Shown here in pieces: positions 11,961 to 24,364 of a stretch of 64,000 nucleotides of DNA. Within the stretch, counting starts at the first letter, position 1; each line of letters opens with the position of its first letter. A program made the position numbers and the translations under genes. This stretch comes from Eledone cirrhosa (lineage: Eukaryota), in NCBI GenBank assembly GCA_964016885.1, contig OZ024747.1, positions 71,610,001 to 71,674,000 on the forward strand. Direction: 5' to 3'. The notes under the pieces are model-generated. The model had not been told where the DNA came from, made no database searches, and saw only the letters and a program-made list of their open reading frames with translations.

Positions 11961-13445
11961 GCAACTAAGGTGGGTCCATTCCTATTTATAGCTCAACGAG
12001 GAAAGATAAGTATGTTTCCAACTAACAAAAGCACAATGCTGGTGAGTGGATAAGAACCTTTAAACCTTCGACAAACTATTATCTTTGTCAGCTGTGATTT
12101 TAAATCTTAATAGTCTTAATAGAATGGTAATAGTTATAGTAATAGAAATAATCTTTGTTATAGTAGACAATGCTAACGAAAAATGGGATGTCATTGTTTT
12201 AGTCAGGACTGAGAAAACAGTAACTGAAAATGTGGGTGGAGAGTAACAATGGGGAGATGAGTAAACAGCGATAACAGGGGAAAAGATGTGTACGTGTGTG
12301 CGTGAGGGTGGATGTGTGTGGGTGTAAGTGTGTAAGGAAGAATGTAAAATTGGGTGGCGTGAGATGGGGTTAGCTAATTACAATGAAGGGTCTCAGGTTG
12401 GGCAGAACATGTAAATGAAGAAATGAATTAAGTCATTTAGAAACGCCATTAACGGGAATATTAACGCAATTAGCAATTTCTATTGTCGTAATGAGATAAA
12501 TCAGAATGAAAGAGGCTGGAAGTTCTCATTTCAGAGCCTGTGAAGAATACCTCGAAGATCTTGGATTGAATTCTTACAGCTTAACTCCCTCGGGACGATA
12601 TCAGAAAGTATAGCTAATCCAATAATATGGAAATTTTATCATCCCCTCAAACTCCATCCTTTTCTCTCTCCCCACTCACTCTTTCTCTTTCCTCTCTCTC
12701 TTTCTTTCTTTCTTGTTCTTACTCTCCTTTTCTCAGGCACTCTCATCCATTTCCTATTTCTTTCTTTCTCACACACCCCCCCCCCCTCTCTCTTTCTCTC
12801 TCATTGTTTCTCTTATACATAAACACTGTATATTTCTTCAATTCTCTCTCTCTCACACACACACACACACTCTCTCCTCTCTCCTCTCTCTCTCCTCTCT
12901 CCTCTCTCTCTCCACACTTTCTCCATACCTCCCTCTATCCCTCTCTCTCTCTCTCACACACATACACACACACACACACACATACAGACTCACATACTAC
13001 CGTTCCATCTCTTATACTTCAAACAGTGTCTTTTACTAGATTGTTCTGGGTTACATGCCATCAAAGTGTCCTCGCTAGCATTCTGTCAACGTTTGAGAAT
13101 AAATAAAAGAAAGCTTAGAATGTGCTAGAAAATGACCATATTTCATTATGTAAAGATGTGATGGTTTTATAGTCTCATTGAACTTGTTCTGTTTATATAA
13201 TTTATCGCAATTCAGCCTCGACCCTTGAAATACTAACATACTAGGAATCGGGACTTCAAGCGAAGAATTTTCATTCAGAATTCAGAAATATAAAATCTTT
13301 CGAAACACCAGAATCGACAATAAGAAACATTAATAAATCGCTTGGACACTTCATTGAAGCTGTTGATATGTCTTTCGTAACGACGAAGACGAAATGACTG
13401 GTGTGTGTGTGTATCTTTGTGTGTGTGTGTGTGTGTGTGTGTGTT

Positions 13446-13484
<39 letters not shown>

Positions 13485-13616
13485 CTTTGTATGTGTGTGT
13501 GCGAAAGTGGTGGGTCACAGGGTTGTGATTGTATTTATGTGGATTGGGTGTGAGAGACTGTGCCAGCGTGAGGGCTTGTGTATGTGAATATATGAGTGTG
13601 TTTGGGAATATGTAAA

Positions 13617-13690
<74 letters not shown>

Positions 13691-13836
13691 TATGTGTGTA
13701 TGTGTGTGTGAGAGAGTATGTGGGTGGATGTATGTGGGTGTATTAGGGCGTATTAGCAGAATGTGCAAATATGGATGCACGGAGAGAGTTTGTCTGGCGT
13801 TTTGTGTGTAATCCTGTATAAGCAAGTATATGCGTG

Positions 13837-13875
<39 letters not shown>

Positions 13876-13921
13876 ATGTGTGTGCGTGTGTGTGTGTATA
13901 GATATATAACATACATATATA

Positions 13922-13956
<35 letters not shown>

Positions 13957-14189
13957 ACATATATATGTATTTGTATATATATATATATATATATATGTAT
14001 ACATATATATATATATGTATTTGTATATATATATATGTATGTATACATTTATACATATATATATATATATTATACATATATATACATTATACATATATAT
14101 ACATTATACATATATATATACATTATACATATATATACATTATACATATATATATACATTATACATATATATACATTATACATATATAC

Positions 14190-14245
<56 letters not shown>

Positions 14246-14823
14246 ATGTGGTTAAATACGTAAATCTATTGTTTGAGAGTGGATGTGTGCATCAGTGTGT
14301 AGGTAGGAATATACAGGTGTGTTTGTATATATATATACCTAACGATTGTCTAGTGTTGGTGTGAGTTTGTATGTGTGCTTGTGAGTGTGTTGTGTGTGTG
14401 TGGGTGGGTGTATGTGTGCTTGTGAATGTGTTGTGTGTGTGTATGTGTGCTTGTGAGTGTGTTGTGTGTGTAATCGTGTGCATGTGCGTAAATACAACTT
14501 GCTAAGATTGATCTTTATGCTTGTGTGAGCCTGTTGTGTCTCTGCGTGTGCGCGTGTGTACGTGTGTGTGTGTGTGTGTGCTGTGTGTGCTGTGTGTGTG
14601 AGGATGTGTGTGTGCTGTGTGCTGTGTGTGTGTGGGTGTGGGGGTGGGGGGGGTGGGGGGGGGGGGGGGGGTGCAAGTGAGATTAGTGATAGATGTCTAT
14701 GAATGTGTTTATGAATGTTCGTGTAGTTTTAGTAGTGTGTCTCAAAATGTAGAATGTATTTAGATGAGTGAACTCATGTTATTGCAGTTATTGTAACTAT
14801 AAGTGTGTTTATGATTGTGTAAT

Positions 14824-17512
14824 GTTGTTGTTGTTGTTGTTTATCCTAAGTCATCCCTGGTTAGACAGGACTGTTGTTGTTTATCCTAAGTCATCCCTGG
14901 TTAGACAGGACTGTTGTTGTTGTTTATCCTAAGTCATCCCTGGTCAGGCAGGACTGTTGTTGTTGTTTATCCTAAGTCATCCCTGATCAGACAGGACTGT
15001 TGTTGTTGTTTATCCTAAGTCATCCCTGGTTAGACAGGACTGTTGTTGTTGTTTATCCTAAGTCATCCCTGGTCAGACAGCACTGTTGTTGTTGTTTATC
15101 CTAAGTCATTCCTGGTCAGGCAGGACTGTTGTTGTTGTTTATCCTAAGTCATCCCTGATCAGACAGGACTGTTGTTGTTGTTTATCCTGAGTCATCCCTG
15201 ATCAGACAGGACTGTTGTTGTTTATCCTAAGTCATCCCTGGTCAGGCAGGACTGTTGTTGTTGTTTATCCTAAGTCATCCCTGGTTAGACAGGACTGTTG
15301 TTGTTGTTTATCCTAAGTCATCCCTGGTCAGACAGGACTGTTGTTGTTTATCCTAAGTCATCCCTGGTTAGACAGGACTGTTGTTGTTGTTGTTTATCCT
15401 AAGTCATCCCTGATCAGACAGGACTGTTGTTGTTGTTTATCCTAAGTCATCCCTGGTCGGACAGGACTGTTGTTGTTTATCCTAAGTCATCCCTGGTCAG
15501 GCAGGACTGTTGTTGTTGTTTATCCTAAGTCATCCCTGGTTAGACAGGACTGTTGTTGTTTATCCTAAGTCATCCCTGGTTAGACAGGACTGTTGTTGTT
15601 GTTGTTGTTTATCCTAAGTCATCCCTGGTTAGACAGGACTGTTGTTGTTGTTTATCCTAAGTCATCCCTGATCAGACAGGACTGTTGTTGTTGTTTATCC
15701 TAAGTCATCCCTGGTTAGACAGGACTGTTGTTGTTGTTGTTTATCCTAAGTCATCCCTGATCAGACAGGACTGTTGTTGTTGTTTATCCTAAGTCATCCC
15801 TGGTTAGACAGGACTGTTGTTGTTTATCCTAAGTCATCCCTGGTTAGACAGGACTGTTGTTGTTGTTTATCCTAAGTCATCCCTGGTCAGACAGGACTGT
15901 TGTTGTTGTTTATCCTAAGTCATCCCTGGTCAGACAGGACTGTTGTTGTTGTTTATCCTAAGTCATCCCTGGTCAGACAGGACTGTTGTTGTTGTTTATC
16001 CTAAGTCATCCCTGGTTAGACAGGACTGTTGTTGTTGTTGTTTATCCTAAGTCATCCCTGGTCAGACAGGACTGTTGTTGTTGTTTATCCTAAGTCATCC
16101 CTGGTTAGACAGGACTGTTGTTGTTTATCCTAAGTCATCCCTGGTCAGACAGGACTGTTGTTGTTGTTTATCCTAAGTCATCCCTGGTCAGCCAGGACTG
16201 TTGTTGTTGTTTATCCTAAGTCATCCCTGGTCAGACAGGACTGTTGTTGTTGTTTATCCTAAGTCATCCCTGGTCAGACAGGACTGTTGTTGTTGTTTAT
16301 CCTAAGTCATCCCTGGTCAGACAGGACTGTTGTTGTTGTTTATCCTAAGTCATCCCTGGTTAGACAGGACTGTTGTTGTTGTTTATCCTAAGTCATCCCT
16401 GGTTAGACAGGACTGTTGTTGTTTATCCTAAGTCATCCCTGGTCAGACAGGACTGTTGTTGTTGTTTATCCTAAGTCATCCCTGGTCAGACAGGACTGTT
16501 GTTGTTGTTTATCCTAAGTCATCCCTGGTCAGACAGGACTGTTGTTGTTGTTTATCCTAAGTCATCCCTGGTCAGACAGGACTGTTGTTGTTGTTTATCC
16601 TAAGTCATCCCTGGTTAGACAGGACTGTTGTTGTTGTTGTTTATCCTAAGTCATCCCTGGTCAGACAGGACTGTTGTTGTTGTTTATCCTAAGTCATCCC
16701 TGGTTAGACAGGACTGTTGTTGTTTATCCTAAGTCATCCCTGGTCAGACAGGACTGTTGTTGTTGTTTATCCTAAGTCATCCCTGGTCAGACAGGACTGT
16801 TGTTGTTGTTTATCCTAAGTCATCCCTGGTCAGACAGGACTGTTGTTGTTGTTTATCCTAAGTCATCCCTGGTCAGACAGGACTGTTGTTGTTGTTTATC
16901 CTAAGTCATCCCTGGTCAGACAGGACTGTTGTTGTTGTTTATCCTAAGTCATCCCTGGTTAGACAGGACTGTTGTTGTTGTTTATCCTAAGTCATCCCTG
17001 GTTAGACAGGACTGTTGTTGTTTATCCTAAGTCATCCCTGGTCAGACAGGACTGTTGTTGTTGTTTATCCTAAGTCATCCCTGGTTAGACAGGACTGTTG
17101 TTGTTTATCCTAAGTCATCCCTGGTCAGACAGGACTGTTGTTGTTGTTTATCCTAAGTCATCCCTGGTTAGACAGGACTGTTGTTGTTGTTTATCCTAAG
17201 TCATCCCTGGTCAGGCAGGACTGTTGTTGTTGTTTATCCTAAGTCATCCCTGATCAGACAGGACTGTTGTTGTTGTTTATCCTAAGTCATCCCTGATCAG
17301 ACAGGACTGTTGTTGTTGTTTATCCTAAGTCATTTCTGGTCAGGCAGGACTGTTGTTGTTGTTTATCCTAAGTCATCCCTGATCAGACAGGACTGTTGTT
17401 GTTTATCCTAAGTCATCCCTGGTCAGGCAGGACTGTTGTTGTTGTTTATCCTAAGTCATCCCTGGTTAGACAGGACTGTTGTTGTTGTTTATCCTAAGTC
17501 ATCCCTGGTCAG
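14824..17512 (+). repeat. Tandem minisatellite, 43-bp modal unit ggact(gtt)4tatcctaagtcatccctggtcagaca, about 60 copies
   Basis: Direct reading; unit length varies 40-49 bp with the number of GTT triplets. Confidence 0.97.
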
Positions 17513-17985
17513 TCATGTTAGCTTTAATCTGATTGTTATTCATAAATAAGGTAATATTGGCTTCATCTCGGTTTCGGGAAGTGCCATCACTTGACCTTTT
17601 CTCATACATGGGTGACCCGAACATGACATTTGAAACCTAACAAGGACTTAGATTCCTTTCTGGATATGCTGCAGCGAAGGGAAAAAGAAAAAGTCATGCT
17701 CTTGCAACTCACGTAAAAGTTGTTTAGACTAAATGATGCCTGTGCTTAAAGCTTTTTTTAAATGAAGAAAGGCCTACACTGGACCATCTCCACTCTCTGA
17801 ACAACGGTATCCAAAAAGAAAAACTAGTCAACATCATTGGCTGCCATTGCGTCGCACGTTTTACATCAGAGTTTCTCTTCTCTTAGAAAGATTTCCTAAA
17901 ACGAACTAGCGATCTCTCAGTCCCGGTGGGCAAACCGCGCGCTCGGGCACCAAACCAAGTATTTCCATGTCCCCAAGCACATAGC

Positions 17986-18516
17986 CAGGGCCAGATTTAG
18001 ACCTTAGGGACCCGTGGTATTTCAGGTTCGGGGAGCCCCTCATAGAAAAAGAAATTACAATGCACACCAAACCCCCAGTTTTACATATCAAAGTCGGATG
18101 GTGCAAGTTTTGAAAATTTATATATACAGGTATTAAATTTGAAAAAGATCCAACCAGCATTCATTTTATGTCAACTTTCCACACTAACATGTGTTAGACA
18201 GGATGTCTATTGCTGGATGCTCTTCCTAATATAACCACTTTAGAGTGTTTACTGGGTGCATTGTTCTTGCGATACCAGCGCAACCACTCTCGACAGTGAC
18301 ATCAAATACTTTTAATTACAATATTGTTCTAATAACAACCTGATGTCTCTAAAGTTGAGTAAATGTTATGGATTTTTTGCCACAGTAAGGATATTAAATA
18401 CTTTTTGTTAAAAATATACTTCTCGTTGTCAAAGGGATAAAACTAAAAAGCCCTGCAGAGCGCACAAATAAATTGCTACGGTCCCCTTTGCCGACCCCTC
18501 ATTAAATCCAGCCCTG
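17986..18516. mobile_element. hAT-type MITE
   Basis: TIR cagggccagattta/taaatccagccctg; TSD cacatagc/cacataga; related to 62006-62394. Confidence 0.8.
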
Positions 18517-19065
18517 CACATAGATATGGCAACCGTACATGCTAACACATACATAAGTTGTAGCCCCAGATTAAAACTTTTAACCCCTGCGGAGTAGCAA
18601 GATTTCTCAGATATGCATACTCTTTACGCAATTCTCACAGAGATTCGGCGGGACAAGGCTGTTTTTTTTTAATCACATGGACAGTCCATCTGGTATTATA
18701 GTAGAAGCAGCTGGACATTCCACAGGCAGGTGTACTCCTAAATGTAATCGTTTGAGATATTCAGCTTGACACATTTAGAGCTACAATGCATTTTCATCAG
18801 CTCAGTGAACTAGAGAAACGTGAAACAAAGTGTGTTGCACAATGACACAAAACGTCACCAGGAATCGAACTCACAGCCTTAACCAAATACCGTAACCACT
18901 AAGCCACGTGTCTTCACGACCCACACTTCGGGCATGATAACCTAGAAGAAATGTTTGCCGGTTTAAACCTGTGCCCGTCAACATCTAAAAACCCCAAACG
19001 GGGAGCACCATAAAAAAAAGTGCCCCAAAACAGAGAGAAATGGAGCAAAATGGGGAGCTCTTACA

Positions 19066-19256
19066 TAATTGTTTCTACTTTTGGCACAAGGCCAGCAATT
19101 AACCAGTGTATTACTGGTACTTTATTTTATCGACCCTGTAAGGATGAAAGGCAAAGTTAACCTTGGCGGGATTTGAACTCAGACCATAAAGGGCCGTAAC
19201 TCTTTGCTGCAAAGCATGGTGTCCGACCCTCTACCGATACTGCCAATTCACCGCCC
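19066..19256 (-). mobile_element. SINE family A, full length
   Basis: Runs from the tRNA-like head ggcggtgaattggcagtatcggt to the tail gtagaaacaatt. Confidence 0.88.
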
Positions 19257-19499
19257 TGGGTAGGTCTTACATAATGAAAGCTATACCTATTTTGACAAGA
19301 GAAGACATCTCTCGCCCACCCCAAAGTGGGTGGGAGATCTCCCCGTCGGACGGGATGTTTTGACAGGTCTACTACTCTCACGACACGAACTCAGCTTTCT
19401 TTGCCATGTATCAACACCATGTTTTTATTGGTTAGAGTTCTGATCGTTGTCTTGCCATAAGTACCGAAACTATGAACCGATATTTGTAAAATAAGGGTA

Positions 19500-19825
19500 A
19501 TAATTGTTTCTACTTTTGGCACAAGGCCAGCAAATTACCCAGTACATTACTGGTACTTTATTTTATCGACCTCGTAAAGATGAAAGGCAAAGTTAACCTC
19601 GGCGGGATTGGTTTCTTATATAGACACAAGGCCAGTAATTTAGGGGGAGGGGAAAGTCGATTAAATCGACCCCAGTGCGTGACTGGTACTTTATTTTATC
19701 GACCCCATAAGGATGAAAGGCAAAGTTAACCTCGGCGGGATTTGAACTCAGATCATAAAGAGCCGTAACTCTATGCTGCAAAGCATGGTGTCCGACCCTC
19801 TACCGATACTGCCAATCCACCGCCT
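19500..19825 (-). mobile_element. Two tandem SINE family A copies (one partial, one full)
   Basis: The core motif occurs twice; the head is at 19825. Confidence 0.85.
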
Positions 19826-20510
19826 AAAGGTAATAATGGTTTTATCTACTAGACCACAGACACTCCCACACTGATTATAGTCCGGAAATTTATAATTTTG
19901 TAGAAATATTTATTTACTCTTTTTACTGCCGTTTAACAGCTCTCAAAACTTATTGTGTTCCTATCATGTGTACCGATAAATTTATGTAAATAGAAGCTAA
20001 ACAACACATCGATTATATTTCATATTTATTTTTATTCTTTTCTTGTTCAGTTTAGGGCAGGACATAAATCTTCTTCATGATTAATTACCTTGTCTCCTTG
20101 TTGGATTACTGAAATCTCGAAATGTTCAAACATTCCATCACGCTAGCTTCAGTGGAAGAATGTTGTGTTTATGAAAATATTTATGTTAATATTGGCTGAT
20201 CATTTGCTAGAGTTAGGTAACGGTATAGGTCAGCAGATAGACTCATTCCATTCCAAACCACACCAAACCAATCCAATCCAAAAGAAGGATATTTCACTGA
20301 TTGGTTCGCATTAAGTCTTCAACACGCTTCAAACACTAGTTCGCTAGCTAACATGAACGCGCGTGCACTTTCTCCTTTACACACATACACATATACACGT
20401 ACATATACTCATATATACATGTGCATTTATACAAATACTTATATATATATATAAACATATACATGTATATATATATACAACCAGATATATATATATATAT
20501 ATATACAACC

Positions 20511-20573
<63 letters not shown>

Positions 20574-20808
20574 ATGAATCAAAGAACTGTTCAAAACATT
20601 ATTGTGCTTACAGCTGTTTCCTCCAAACCGAGGTTTGGATTCTTCGGAGCAATTTATTAATGCATGGACAGTTATATGACCTCCTTTTCAGCCGAGAGAC
20701 ATACCAAATACATATTCAAACAATAGAAATAACACTAGTATAAGTAATAACACCAGGGTTGTCAACCTGAACACCCAAAATCCTATACCCACCACACAGA
20801 CTTCCGCA

Positions 20809-21273
20809 TTGCATTATAACCAGCGGACTAACGCACAGAATAATTGTAACTGTAGAGCTAATAGAACCTGCCCTTTAGATAAAAAATGCCTAACCAAGGA
20901 TGTCATATACTCATGCACAGTCACGACTAATAACTCTTCAGAAACCTATGTAGGCTCCACTTCTAACTGCTTCAAAATTAGATATAACTCGCACATCCAC
21001 TCGTTCAAAAAGCACAGCCTAGCCAACTCCACCTCACTTTCTAGCTACATTCACTATCTAAAATCTAAAAATAAACCATACACACTCAAATGGGAAGTGT
21101 TAGGCAGCGCGACCTCGTACAAACCACCTAATAAATTCTGTAACCTCTGTATACTAGAGACACACAATATTATCTTCTCCAACCGTAACCTACTTAACAA
21201 AAAATCTGAGGTGTTTGCAACTTGCCAGCACCGCCTCAGACATTCCTTCCAAAACTTTAAGCCCCATATATAG
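20809..21273 (+). pseudogene. C-terminal GIY-YIG endonuclease of a PLE (CNC..CPL type, probably Nematis-like)
   Basis: CNCRANRTCPL..CL..VIY..TYVGST..FKIRY..H..SF..LSSYI..LK..W..CNLC..E..LLNKKSE..CQH. Confidence 0.9.
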
Positions 21274-22718
21274 CAGTGTCGGACTGGAACCTAACACCAC
21301 ATCTAGCATCAAACACCAGAGACACACCCTATACTACATACCCAACACTAGCTGATCCATTATAACACAAACAACGACATCCCTCTGGAACCCTTCGCAG
21401 GGAAAATACCCATTTATACCTCTACGGCAGGTGTGACAACATCCACCCACCTGGACGGCACTACGCCGCTCTAAGGGTAATTTGAGCATCAATTGATCGG
21501 TTGGATGGTGTTGGGCAGAGGAAACACCTTCCTTAGACATTGTAAAATGATTTAATCGAGTAGCGCTGTTGACCAGTAGGACCAGGCCGCTGAGCGCAGT
21601 GAGTGAATGCAATGCAACTGCCGTGCGGGTTGTACGTATATGGATGATCTGACGGTCAGAGAGGGGTCGCGAGGACTGCGACTTGACCTTTGGCCTGCCT
21701 GGGGATGATTATCTTTCGACATCCAATGTAGCAAGCGATGACCCGGATCTTACCAGAGATCATTGGGTCCTGAAGCAATCCTGCAATCACCGCGCCTGGT
21801 CATATGAGCAGACTACAACCATAGAGATCATTAATTTAGAATCCTCGCTCATCATCTATAATTTCCATTTGTAGCACCTTAAGATGGGTTAATCCACCCT
21901 AATAATAATATGATCACCTTCAGCATAATTTAGTTAAACTACTCTATAGTTAGTACACTTTATGCTTTAAAAGTCTCTCTTGGAAGGTGCACCTCACCAT
22001 AGAATTTAGGGTCTATATTGAGACACATTTTAATGGCTAGATATAGAAACCCCAGAGTTACCTCCCCGCATGCATTAACTCCCCTTAGCCACACACACAC
22101 TTCCGGTATTCAATGGCGTCTCTCGAAACGTAACAACCACCTGTATCGAACTAAAGAGCACCAGACTACGATCTCTAACTGGATTGTCGTGGATTATGTG
22201 AAAGGCATATAATCGAAATATACACTCCCTTGACCATGAAAATACCGAAGTACATGAATTACTTGACATCCCTGCGCTGTGCATCTCCAATACTTATAAC
22301 ACTTTTAATGCTTGCACTATCTTTAATGCTTATAATATTTCTCCACACACAGACTATATCAATCATATAAAGACTTTGCCACCAGATCTACCAACCTAAC
22401 ACTCTTATTTACCTACCTAAGTGCCTCTACCACACATATCTCTCTGCCACACTATATAAACAAGACGCACATGCGTGCCACACATATAACATTTGCACTA
22501 TATAACCACTTATCTTCATGTTGTACTTTAACCTATATCTTTGATTTTTTTGATTGTACCTATTAATATAAATGTAATCTCGAAGTGTGTACTGCCACTC
22601 TAAATTCTGTAATGAATGTTGACCCACAATGTTTGAATATGTATCAATGTTTGAATATGTATTTGGTATGTCTCTCGGCTGAAAAGGAGGTCATATAACT
22701 GTCCATGCATTAATAAAT

Positions 22719-22765
22719 TGCTCCGAAGAATCCAAACCTCGGTTTGGAGGAAACAGCTGTAAGCA
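22719..22765 (+). ncRNA. Minimal type I hammerhead with U4>C core variant
   Basis: tgct-ccgaaga-a-tccaaac/ctcg/gtttgga-g-gaaac-agct-gta-agca. Confidence 0.7.
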
Positions 22766-22989
22766 CAATAATGTTTTGAACAGTTCTTTGATTCATATAT
22801 TTCATATAACTGCTCTGTAAATCATCTGATGTTTTTATATTGAGCTACTTAACTTACTGGTAATAAGGTAGTAATACATTACTGCCTACCACTATTTAGG
22901 GTGTGTGTAAAATACTTACAACTGCTTAAGGTTTTGTGTTTACATAACCATAAATAGTATAAATAATACTATATATATATATATATATA

Positions 22990-23079
22990 CAAGGAGTCCT
23001 ACAAAAATGTATACACACTTTGATTACCTGTATAGTCAATATTTATTAGAATGGGTATACATTTTTTGGAGATACTTTG
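22990..23079. mobile_element. Tiny Tc1/mariner-like MITE
   Basis: Imperfect TIR caaggagtcc..aaaaatgtatac.ca / tgggtatacatttttt..gatactttg, flanked by TA. Confidence 0.5.
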
Positions 23080-23257
23080 TATATATATATGCAAGTATGT
23101 ATAAATATGTGTGTGCCAGATAATAGGTAATATTAGAAGCAAGACTACGAAAATGACTGAAATATCAATACATGAGAAGTAAAGTAAAATTAAATTAAGG
23201 GAACATAATAGATTAAATTTTATATGGAGTTTAGAAATATAAGATTAAGATAATATA

Positions 23258-23482
23258 ATTATGGTTTCTGATTTAGGCAAAAGGCCAACAATTTAGGGGG
23301 GGGGGGGAGGAAGTCGATTAAATCGACCGCAGTGTACTACTGGTACTTTATTTTTTCGACCCCGTAAGGATGAAAGTAAAGCTAACCTCAGCGGAATTTG
23401 AATTCAAAATGTATAGGGACATAACTATATCCCACAAAGCATAATGTCCGATGCTCTAACGATACTGTCAACCCACCTCCCT
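23258..23482 (-). mobile_element. SINE family A (long variant)
   Basis: Core motif plus the gtcgattaaatcgac segment. Confidence 0.8.
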
Positions 23483-24364
23483 AGATTAAGATAACATTAT
23501 AAATTCATTTGATATCTCTTAAAAAATCCAGAAAACATATTTTTTAAAGTAGTTACCCCCGCCTCCTCCTCCATATTTCCGATGAACCATTATATATATA
23601 TATATATTTACATATTTACGTAGAGCACGGAGCGTATATGCATAAACACACATGTACCGTGTCGTATTTTGACAGTATTGTATAAGCTCAATGTACGAGA
23701 ACAGAGTCGCTATATGTAAAAGAAATCAAAGAACGCTTACATACTCGAACAGTTTTTATTTGCTGATAATGTTTTATCTATACCGTTGGGCAGGAATCAT
23801 CAGAGCTTAATAAACAAAAATATAGTGCTGAGTATAAGCTCTACCAAGCTTAGTCACACAAACAATTGGAATACAATAGAGGGTAAAAATAGGGAGATCG
23901 GAGATGGCGAATAAGGAGAGAGTACATGTTGGGGTTGTTATTAAGCACTACAGCTAAATGCGGGTACAGGCAGATTTTTTCACAAGATGCAGATGCAAGT
24001 GATGGCACACAAAAGCAAAAAGTATAAACAATGGCTAAAAACTATAATAAAAAAGTAAAAGGAAAATAATATAAAGAGATAAAAAATATATAAAAAAGAT
24101 AAAAAAGGAAAAAATAAAAAGTTTTAAGCACATAAAAAGCCAGAGGAAGTTAAGCGCTGGTCCCTATACATAACAGGTGAATAAGATCTCCGTAACCTAT
24201 AGTTATATAAATACCAAGAGGTTCTTAAGGTACCTCCAGAAAGCCCATAGAAACCATTTCAATAACCCAGTCCAGAAATTGAACCCACAATGTTATGGTC
24301 GTAAGTCCAACACCCTTACCTCTAAGCCAATATATATATATATATATGTGTGTGTGTGATATAT

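Larger units (their letters stand above)
20565..22972 (+). mobile_element. 5'-truncated Penelope-like element with an inverted pLTR segment at the 5' end (arms about 20565-20720 and 22648-22808)
   Basis: GIY-YIG ORF end, long 3' region, HHR in the repeat, and (TA)n on both sides. Confidence 0.88.

Noticed and set aside
14824-17512. CRISPR-like appearance of the 43-bp array
   Set aside because: No unique spacers, no cas genes and a eukaryotic context; it is a plain tandem repeat.
23740-23810. Possible minus-strand hammerhead (ctgatga near 23800)
   Set aside because: No convincing GAAA strand or stems could be assigned; too decayed.
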